Below, piece by piece: positions 27,747 to 38,800 of a stretch of 64,000 nucleotides of DNA. The notes beneath the pieces are model-generated. The model was not told the origin of the DNA. It worked only from the letters and a program-made list of their open reading frames with translations, and searched no databases. The translations under genes and the position numbers were made by a program. Source of the DNA: Balanoglossus misakiensis (Eukaryota > Animalia > Hemichordata); NCBI GenBank assembly GCA_040954595.2, contig CM082582.2, forward strand, positions 8,186,063 to 8,250,062, in the 5' to 3' direction. How positions within the stretch are numbered: the first letter of the stretch is position 1; each line of letters opens with the position of its first letter.

Positions 27747-29977
27747 AGGTTGCCATGGAAATGCAGTGCTGTTTATAGCATTTTGTCATGGAAACATGAA
27801 AGGGGCATGAAAATCGCATACAGCCCAATTAAATGGCCGGAAAAAAAAACATTGTTTAATTCGTTAGAAAACAAAATAACACTTTTGTTTATTTGAAGGG
27901 AACACCCATCAAATCGAAACTTTAGAGTTCAGAATAGAAGACATACATTATACAGAGATATTGCCATAGTGACAGATTTGTGAAGGTTAGTATCTGATAT
28001 TTGGCCATGAATGGTACTTGCTGATTTCAGTGTAAAGCACAATTACACTGATTATCTCATTAAAATTGTGGACAATGCTCTGCTTCACCTTAATTGATTA
28101 GAGATGATGTGCTTGGAAATACATGCTTGTATACTCAGTTCTAATAACATGTTACATGTACATCTTTATTGAAAATGTTAATTGCTTACGTCTATCACAA
28201 CTTCACATGTACCTACACATGTACACATGCACAGCTTCACACACACACAAACAAACGCACATTTGCACAAAAATGTATGAGACATATTGTACTCAAATTT
28301 ATTCAACAAATGTACATGTACTTGCAAAGAACTATGGTACATGTACTTTAAAGAGAATAGAGTTTTATAAATATAAGAGTGACATATTTTAATATAAGCA
28401 GAAATAATTTAAAACTTATTCTTTGTGAAAAGTGTGTGTGAGAATGCAAAGGGCAGCAGAGTTTAATTAATAACATGATATAAATTTACACATTGCTTTC
28501 AGGTAAGGAAAATGTCTTAAAGTGGGCATGTACAGATTATATCACCGTGAGTATTTTTAGAAGCAGTGCTGTGAAACGATTTTGTTTCACATATTCTGGT
28601 GTTCCTTTTGGATTATAGCAGTTGTTTTCTTCCCTGATATGTCGAAGATCAAAAGAAATATTTGGTTTCATACATGAAGTTTATACATGTATCTTGAGTT
28701 CTGTGGCTTTCAGTACACTTGTGTGTTTAACCAAAGATATGGCTACACTAGTACAATAAGGGGGTAAGGAGATGGGCAGGAGACAGCTGATTGCAATGTA
28801 TATATAATATATTACAATGGCAGATCTATATACACACATTTATTTCAGGAAGAGAATGCTGTTGCTTGCTGTCTGTGAATGGCAGCTAGCTAATAATTGT
28901 CAAATTCATTGCACCATGCATGAACATTTACATGTTTTGTTGTACAGAAATCTGATCAAAGTTAATGTCGACTTGTAAAGCGGTGTATAAAATTTCTCTG
29001 TATTTTTTGTTGTAAATTTTTGGCTTTGTATTTTCTAATTATAATCGGTAGTGTTTCTAGAGACGAGTTATAATAATGTATCAACTTTGCCACGCCAATG
29101 CAAACTTGCCACATTATGTAGCTGTCCTCATATAACATAAAATAAGTTTCTTGTGCCCTGGAATCACTCTATAACTTTTGCCAAACGATATCTCAGGCAC
29201 TAGGGTCCCAAAGAGACCAGACTATGTAGACAGTAGTAATGCTATATGTATATTCTTGGTTCTCTGTGTTTTTGGAGTTTTCTCTAGACTACAAATCACA
29301 AATTAGGAAACACCAGTACAAGTGGTATTGTCTTATCTAGGGGGGAAAGAAGTAATTATTGATATGCATATTGAAAACACTTAAAATTTGTAAATACTGT
29401 GTAAATGAAAAAAAGGTGAGTGTACAAGACAACAGAAGAAAAAGATTGACTTGAAATTGTATAGATAATTTACAGCAGGAATTGATGAAATTGAGAATTA
29501 TTTTGTCAGGCATTTACATTACGTTTTTGGCAAAACTTACAAAAGATTATTTTTGTATTAAGTTTTCATAAAGCAATAAAAAAGTACAGCTGTCTTTTTG
29601 ATACAGTATGAAGAGCTAATGAATACAACCTGCATAAAATGAACTAACTACTGCAAGAACTGACCATTACAGCTATGCAAGGTTGTACAGCGTTGTTTAG
29701 TCTTGAGGTTTCGGTCAACCTATAGAATGCTTGTCCTTCTACTGGGTAGTTAAGTATGATTTCTGAAACTTTGAAACCAGGTTAAGTGTAGGCTAGAATT
29801 ACTAGATTTTGTGTGAATGTTGTTTTTGTCTGTGTTATTGACAAAATATCTATAAAGATCTTTTCAGACAATAGAGTGTGGTCGGTTCTCCATATTTGTG
29901 AATGCTGTTCTTGTCTTCTCTGCGCCAAGTGTATGCAAAATTGTGGAACTTTTTATAACATAGAATATCACTTTTTT

Positions 29978-32037
29978 CTAAAGCACTTCATCGATTCTGT
30001 CCTGTGATCTCGCATTTGCTTGCCTGGTGTCTTTTTTATTTCGTTTAGGTAGTTTGATGACACTCAAAGTCGACCAAACCGAATCCGACCATTGAGAAAG
30101 AAAGTGCGGCCGTGTTGCAGATCTCGGCGCTGGGGGCGCCTTTGTCTTTATCCCCAGAGTTCTTCTCACGGTTCCGCGGCACTGGCTGCTCAGTATACAG
30201 TACAGCATGAAATTGATGGCGCAGTTGAAGTTTTCGCAGAGTTCACTGGTGAACTGCAGAACTCCAAGTACCAGTGGTGCATTTGGAATTCCAAGATTCA
30301 AACCTGCGAAATAATGGAAAATGATTTCCTATGAAATATGTTCCTTTTAATCAGTAATGAAAACCCATCACCTGCGCTGCTCCTTGAAAGTCGCACTTGA
30401 AAATTTTAAAACACAGGTTAAAAGCGTGTAATTTTTGTCGAAGTTGGTTGTAAAATGACCACTGGAAAAAGATCCCATCCAAGAATAAAACTAGTGGCCG
30501 AAAAAACGACAGAAGAAGAAGTAGAAGAAACAAGCAAGTAATACCAATAGGGCCCAAGCGCAACAAAACAAAACCAAAAACACTTACTTTTCATGCAACC
30601 ATAGAATTTGATGCACAAAGTCGGTCCCCATGAAAGTATGAAGGTGAACGACACCGCCAGAAGTACCATGGTGATGGTGTGCTGTCGACGTTTGAATTTT
30701 ACCCCGACTCTGCAAGACAGCGAGCCGATGAACTTGTTCCTCAGTCGAAGGGATCGGATGACCATGCCGTTCAAGACGATTATCATGATATAGGGGATAA
30801 AGATGAATAAAGTCCTTCCCCATTGACTTGTGAGGTGAAACGCTTCTCCGCCTTGGTCGCTGTGGATACACACGTCGTACGGTGTTTGGTTTGTGACGTT
30901 CGTACCTGGGAATGTTACCAGTAATTGGACGTTCTTGACTTCGAAGAACTTGGGCAGAGCGAGAACCACACAGGAGAGGTAGATGAGAGCGATGATGGTC
31001 ACCGTGCGGCGGGCGGTGGTGAGGTATCGCCGGCGGAGGGGGTGACACACGGCTATGTGTCGCTCGATGGCAAACGCCACCACCAGCCAGATGACGGTGC
31101 TGTGAGCGGCGTTGGATATCACGGCGTTGTACCTGCAGAAGGAGCCGTAGGACCAGTGACCGTACGGAACGAAAATGGTCATCACCTCTCTCAGCAGGCC
31201 GATCGAAACCAAGAAAACCAGATCGGCAACTGCCATGGCAACCAGATAGAAAGTTGGAGTTCTCACTTTTCGGTCGGAACAAGTGAAGACGAGGATTGTC
31301 ACGAGGTTCGACGGAATGCCGATTATCAATATCACCAACAAGCAAGAAAATTTTGTCATCTTCAACGACACAAGGCCGATAAGATTCGTCAGACTTGGAT
31401 CAGAGAAATATGGATTGACCAGTGGCAATTCGATGACAAAACCGTGGTCATCCAAATCAGTCGAAAGTCCACCCGGTCTATCTGTTGAATTATTTGCCTG
31501 GGGAGATAAAGTCGTGGAAATGTTCCCATCGCCCACTTCCTTTGTAATAATGTTTTCCCTGGTATTTTGTTCAAATGTGACGGCAGAACTTACATGAAAC
31601 ACGCTGGTCGCATATTCTGTCGTTGTTGCGACAGAAAACAACGACTCCGTGGTCATTTCTGAGTCAACCGCACCGGAGGTATCGTCCGCGCCAAACGTTC
31701 CACGGTCGGTCGCGACTTCTGCAGTAAAATCAGGTACTATCGCAGAACAATTTTCTTCGCCATGTCCTGAAGAATCTCTTAAAGCACTTTCAGTGAAATG
31801 CGACTGAACGACCATTTCGCGTGGTCGAGGACTCCCTGCGAATGATTCCGTCAAGTTTTGGTCATTTGCAAGAAACGTAGACCCGTCAGGAAAAGCCTCG
31901 GTAGTCAAAATGCCACTTCTGCCAGAAGATGTTACTGTCTCCATGATGTTTAAGCCGTCGGATACGGTGCCTTCATCCGCCATACATGCATAAGATACTA
32001 CTGTGCATATAAAAATATAAGTCACGTACTTGCCCAT
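29978..32037 (-). CDS. Class A (rhodopsin-like) GPCR, peptide-receptor-like (FMRFamide/sex-peptide/GPR139-142-like group), ~591 aa, 2 exons
   Basis: Exons 32037-30588 and 30303-29978 (phase-1 intron gtaagt...cag; total 1776 nt). Motifs: TM1 GIPSNLVT, TM2 MAVADL, TM3 ERHIAVCHPL, TM4 LALPKFF, TM5 FIPYIMIIVLN, TM6 FILSWGP, TM7 NCAINFMLYC (NFxLY variant of NPxxY). ~220-aa S/T-rich N-terminus. Confidence 0.93.
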
Positions 32038-32699
32038 TTTGAAATGATTCCACAATTATTCAATAGATATGGATTTGCTTCTCACCAGACCATGCGTTAC
32101 CGCCTGAACGTTGGCCGCACATGGAGTGACTTTATGTTATAATAATCGATGATATTTCTCACGTGAAATTGAAAGCCACTGAAATATAATAACACGTGCC
32201 TTTTATCTTATCATAATTGCCGGACATGTCTTCGAACTGTCTCTTAGAAACCCGACACGATAGGTCGGCATTTCAATTATATTCTGAAGCAAAATTGGTC
32301 ATTAAGACATGTAACCATAATGAAATGGGCAAGCAGTCACCATGCCAACGGCTGCAAACGAAACTACAACCGAGACTCGCTGGGACCCGGATTACAGTAT
32401 GCCATATGTATTGTTGAAAGGATATAATTTCGGCTATTCTAGTAGACAGAAATGAAAATGGAATACAATTGAAAACTATCTCGGTGCTCTATTCAGCATT
32501 TATCTGGCTGCAACTGCATTGTGATATCATCTTTCTCTCTCAGATTTGGTAACTTTTACTGTGTCATGCAAATTGAAAGGGGTATTTATATGAAAGCTTT
32601 TTTAAGGATCAAGGATGCCCATATGCCCCATCTTTGCTCGCCTAAAGCATCGTTGATTAAGAAGCGTAATCAGGCAACCTAACCCCCACTACCGAAGAA

Positions 32700-32888
32700 A
32701 GTTAGTCGGACGGAAAGTTCAAAACGAGGCCGGTGAAATGTCCAGAATGGTCGTGACGTCACAGGGGTGTTTCCAATTATAGCTCAAGATGGCGACGCGC
32801 GATATCGCTGAACTTTGAAACTTTTTTACAACAGGAATCCCGTAAATTCGACCCTTTTTCTGAATTGGGCGCATTCTTTTGATTCAAC
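32700..32888 (+). promoter_or_regulatory. Formin promoter, divergent from the GPCR
   Basis: CpG-rich. Full CRE palindrome TGACGTCA at 32754-32761 and YY1-type CAAGATGGCG at 32785-32794. The GPCR ATG lies ~850 bp from the formin ATG on the opposite strand. Confidence 0.55.
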
Positions 32889-35800
32889 ATGTCACGAACA
32901 TACAGGCTTAGCAATGATGAACAGCTATGGGTCATGGTCCAGGTCAAGGAGGGGAAAATGACCGTAGACGAAGCCTTGGAATATGTGTACAAGCAGAACG
33001 AAGTTATGGACGGTCTAGAACAGGACGACAGCGGGGACAGTAGCGATGTGTCAAACCAGGTGAGTAGGCGGTCAACGTGGAACTAAATTGCACCCTGTTC
33101 GCTACCGGACGTATTGGTTGTCTGTACAATAACAGGACAGCGTGTGTCCACCATATTACGCTTTGAAATCGTAACAAACCCGTGTGAAACTATGGACGCT
33201 GGGCGGTAGGGTGGTACACACCACACCGAACAGCTGAACTCTGCTTTTAAAATAAGAGTTGTTTTGGTCTTTCGAAGTCGTCGTTTGTTATTCTCTGTGT
33301 TCAATTTGAGCGGTGACGGCTTATGCTTATATGTTTTTTGTCGTTAGGACCTACAAGTCAGAAGTTTAATTAAGGAAATAAATGGCTTCCTTGTTATTGC
33401 AAGGTCTACTACAATAACATAAGTTCTTTGGCATGATACTTTGCCTCTATTGAATAGGGAATCTAGAATAGACGACGGCAAGGGGACAGTGGTCTCGCTG
33501 CCTGCGGTTCACTTTCCCCTTCAAATCAGAGTCCACACACGCAGTAATTTGAAGTGCCACCCATAATAAAGCACAGTCTGCCTAGAATCTTGCACAGTCT
33601 GCAACTCTGCTCTGGTTCTCTGCGATGATGATCATAATAAAAGTCTACTGCCTCTGTGCAATAAGATGTGCATAGATTTTATCCAGTGTTGAGTACCTGT
33701 AAATCAATAGAATTGATTGTATTATTTGAATCTATGCAAAGCATATGTTGGGTCACACAGTGCATGTATTGATTTCAGTGTCATGATAAGAAGTTTGTAT
33801 ATATCAAAACAAAAAAAAGTTATCCATCCAGGGTCACATGTCCCATTCCAGAATATAGAAGCTCATTCTTCACAGGAACTGGAAGTACATCCAAAAGTGC
33901 ACACAGCTTTTCCGGAAAACATAATACAATATCTGTTGGCAACGTTAATTTTTTCATTTGTTTCTCTATCATTTGGCCATTTTGTGTTTCTATCTATGAA
34001 GTAATTCTTCAGAGATATAAGATTAGTCTGGTCCCATATTGAGTTGCATAAAACAAATATTTGAAAAGGAAGTATGTACAGAAGCCACATATAGATTGTA
34101 ACTTGTCATTGATATAATTAATAGATGTTCCATATACTGAGAAACAAAGGAAAAACTTAAATTGGCCTGTATGTAAGCAAGCTATATTTTGTCATTCCAT
34201 AACCAAGCCAGACAGTGGAAGTAGCTAAACTTTTATTGGCACAGCTGTATTTGATCGGTATATGTAGGTTTATTTTGTTTGTTTTCTTTTGTTCCTAAAA
34301 ATGGAATCATGGGAATCACAGAAGTCCGGGATCAAGAAAAGTATTCTTCAGCGGATCGGGAGGTTGAGTGTCAGGAACTTGTCGGATATTGGGACGTTCT
34401 CCAGGAAGGACAAGTTGAAAGCGCCCGTGTTCGGGGCTGAAGAGAACGGATCCGGACAGAGCGAGCGGGAGAAGACCGAGGGTCTGATTAAACTGATGCT
34501 GGCGCAGGGCGTGATTACGGAGGACGACGTGAAGAAACAGAAACTGGTGTCGGACGAGTACAAGTCGGGGGACGCCGAGAGAGTTCTCATTGCCAACTTA
34601 GTGAAGGTGAGATTACATCAGTTTTCCTCAATGACATGACATGGGGTTTCGCGTTTGGTTCAGTTTGATATGTCCAAGTTAACCTGCTATTTATGGCTTT
34701 GCTGTAGGACATTGTAATGTTCACCATGTTAGATATTCAAATTGCTGAACATGCTTTTACAATGTGTCGTGGACCTGAGGAAGCACCCCATAAATTCATA
34801 TTTTTGTTTCCTGTTGCGTTGAACATAAGTAATTTCATATCTCGCATGTCAACATTGAAACGATTAACTTTCTAAACAGAAACCCCAGTTGGTATTGATA
34901 ACATTACAGGCTGAAGTTCTCACATTTCCTTTTATGCTTTCATTAATAATAATAGTGGTTATTTTGGAAGATCAAAACAAAATTGGACAAAACTGCTTGT
35001 GTACATGTATATTCAAAATCATTGAAAAATAAGGAAGTGTATTGCTACGGGAGCATTGTTTATCATAGGGAATATTGAAGTAAACTCATACTACTCTAGT
35101 TATACACTGATAATTTTTAACTTGTTTGATCACATTCAAGGGCAAAGATATTGAATCTTTAATGGCAAGGTACATATAGAAGGTCTCAGTGTTCATTTAG
35201 ATGTGGAATACTGTTACCGACAGCTCTGTGATTTGCAAAAACATGTATCTATTACAGATGTGAATTTATTTTCCACTTTATGAGATTTGACACTAAAGCC
35301 TTGCTACTACAGCCAATACAATCAATGTTATCAGAATACTAGTACATCTACAACTAATCACAGAGGTCGAGTGACGTGACCTTTCTTGGACATTCTGATA
35401 TCATGTGGAATACCAAAGTCTAAACACAATTGAAAGGTCGGAAAAGGCCAGGTCAATGTTTAAAAGAAATGATAGGTCTTGTTTTGTTTCGTTTTGTTGG
35501 TTCCCAAGTAATCAGTGAAAAACAAGAAATTAATCCCCATATTTTCCTTGTCCATTTCTTACAGAGTGGCAGAATGAGCATAGATGATGCAATGAGGTAT
35601 GCCAACAACCTGGGAATAGCTGATTCCGCCCAGAGAGAGAATGAATACATTGAAGAAGCCAACAGTGCCATGGAAGAGAAGAAACTCTATAATTTTGGAG
35701 TCTACAAATATTACAAACATAAAAGTAGTCAGAGAAGAATTTTACAGGTGAGTTGGTGATTGAAATTCTAGGCAAAATTGAAATGCATGGTTTTTTTGTT

Positions 35801-38800
35801 TTTCACATATGTAGAAGTTTGGGGAAATTGTCTCTTATAAGTATAAAAACAGGTGATATGTATATATTCTGGTTCCTGTTTATGTCGTACACTGCTCTTA
35901 TTTCTGGTGGGCATATGGAAAAGGATCTTTGGAATTTGGAAGTAACTGTCAGTATAGTTTCAAACATCTGTTGTTAAGAAAACATTTTCTCTCACGGCTT
36001 TTCAAAACTGATAATATGAACAATAGGCATGTTTGTAAAAAAGTCATTTGTTGTAACCTATTAAATTGGTGTTTTTCTTTCAATTTCAGATTGATTTTCA
36101 AAGTGGTGTTTTGTGTAACATTCAGAAGGGAAATCTGAACAGAAAGTTCAAATTCTCTCAAGTCAGCAGCTTTGAAAGTGATGTAAGTATGACTTTAAAT
36201 AGTGGGTAATTTTTTTCAGATGCACTTGGTCAGCTATTAAAATAACAAAGATGGGTCTCATTATATGTAACTTCACATAACAACCACAAGGAAATGACAC
36301 TGTACTGTGTTGAATGCTATATTTGGCTCTGAGTATTATCTGCCAGACGGCACTCTTTTTCGCTATCAGATAAAATATTTTATTTGAGTGTTGCATTCCT
36401 AAAGTCAGTGGAGTATGTGTATGTTGTCTCTCGAGCCATGCCAACACTTCATACTCTCAGCTGAACTTGTAGAATGTTTTCAAAATACCTCAGTCACAGA
36501 AGACTGACACAAGATTTTACAAGTTAATGTTGAGCTGTAATGAAAACTTAGGGTAAAGTAGTAGGCTGCATGATCAAAGACATAATTTGGAATCTGGGTC
36601 AAGGCTGTTCAACAACAGTGGTTCTCAGAAAGACTATCCACAGATGTTAGAAATGTCCCTTTGAGGTTTTAAGTTGTCTGTAAAAGATGGGTTTAACCCG
36701 CGTCAGGTAGCCAGCTTTTCGTGGAATGTTCAGAACATTCTGCAAATACTCCTCCTATCATCAGGATATCGATCGTGCATTTCTGGCATGACTGGGTCCC
36801 AGTCTGGTTCTTGGTGAGTCACAGCAAGGCTGTCAAGGAGGAAATAAAACTTGAGAAGACATGTCTCTGGGAAAAATTACGCCGTGCATGTTTCCTTAAG
36901 AATATCAGCTTCTTTTCCTGATTGACTTACTAAGGCAAATGTCCATTTGTAATGGACACTTCACTTCCTGGTGATGTTGAAAGTGCATCCCATTGTTTCC
37001 ACGACAACCATGGTCATGGTGGAGTAGAGAGATTAAAGTAGGTATTGTTGCCACGGTTGTGGTAAGTGTCTAGAGGAAAACAGGTCTGGAAATTATATTA
37101 TATTCTATGAATAGAATTATGTTTTCTTCATTATTTTGTTTTGCAGGAAGGGACAAGATTTTTCATTTATTTTTTGGATCACCATGAATACGAACTTGAA
37201 ACAGACACATTGGAGGAGAAAGAAAAGGTAATGAAAATCCCCTCTATATAAATTATCGCTCGCCCCGAATAATCTGGTGATTATTGTACATTTCTGCATT
37301 CTTTCACGTTTGTAAACTTTATCTTAGTGAGTGACTAAGGCTTATTTGGTTAATAGTGACATACAAACCGAGTTTTTGCAATGCGATGGTCGAGTGACCT
37401 TTGACCTTGAAACTTATTGTTAGTCAGTGTCACCTTGGCTGATACTGGGGGAGGCGCTCTCTGTGTTTGGTGAAAGGGTTAAATTCACACTCTAGTAAAT
37501 GCTGTCATTCCCCCCCCCCCCCTCCTCCCCCATTTTTAGATTCTCCGACTGTTGCAAATAATAATCGAGCAAAACCGGCTGGAGAAACGCGGAGGTTTGA
37601 CGCAGATTGAACGAATTCAGAGTCTGCCGCGGTGCCAGGCCGTCATCAAAGAAGGCGAGTTGGAGAAGAAGACGAACAAATACACCAGCACTTGGGTCAG
37701 GTGAGTAATGTCTTGGTTTCAGTCATTGTACATTTAGTGCTAATAGTTTCCCCCTTCATTGTCTGTGATGTAGTTGGTTTGTATGGACAATGAGAGTCTT
37801 AGAAATTGTAATGACCAATATTTAATTTTTGAAAAGAGTGACAAGTGATAGTATTACTGTAAAGAGTGGCGGTTGAAAACATCTACCCTAATCAGATGAA
37901 TTGTATATTTGACATATCGTTGAGTTTCATCTGCAATTTTGTGGGGCTTGCTCTTTCAGGCGATGGGTTCGCATCAGGCATGGGGAGTTGTCGTATTACA
38001 AGCTGGGTGAAGACCATCAGACGGCATTGAATATCTTACAACTATCGGATGAAGATACTGTGATCAGTAAAGTGGACTTCAATGCCATCAGCATCTCAAC
38101 AAGAACCAAAGTCTACTAGTAAGTTGCTTTGTATGCACATTTGAAAAAAAAAAGAGTTGACATACATTGTTTTAAAAGATTTTTACTGTGATTCAAACTA
38201 AAAAAGAGATAATTTCTTGAGATTTTTTCGAGGAAAAGATGAGTTGTTGTATCGTTTAGAAAAGTAGTAACACTTTGGTGTTAATGTGATTTCAAGTTTC
38301 AGAATTTTTGGCAGCAAAGCCCCGGCAGAGACCACAAAGCTACGAGATGAATGGTGGAAGGTAAGGGAAAATAATCCCGGAATTTCAATCCGGTGCTTCA
38401 TTTCGTATTCCTGAGGAAATTCGTACAGACATTTCATAATGCCAATGAATGGTGAACAGTTCTACATTTGCCAAAATTTGCATCAGAATGATGTACAATG
38501 AAATTGAAAGGAGCGATGATACTACTGATGTTATACACAAAATACAACTACTATATGTATGGACTCAGTGTAAATATATGAGTTATTGGAAAAAAATTGG
38601 TATGAATGTTTTTGTGGTCAGGCACTGGGTACAGCTTGCGGAGAGCGAAGGTATGGGATGACAGGTGATCCGTATGAAGATGATGATGTCTTCTTCAATA
38701 AAGACATCTTGACAACAGAAAGCATACTTTCGCAAGATACAGGACTGTCATCCACTGTGACCAGTTTGCAAGAGGTAAGTCGATCGTTGATGGGTCTCAG

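Noticed and set aside
30418-30587. C-terminal part of the 545-aa GPCR ORF (SKCFWFCFVALGPYW...) as TM7
   Set aside because: It is read-through into the intron after the gtaagt donor at 30587; the true TM7 (NCAINFMLYC) is in exon 30303-29978.
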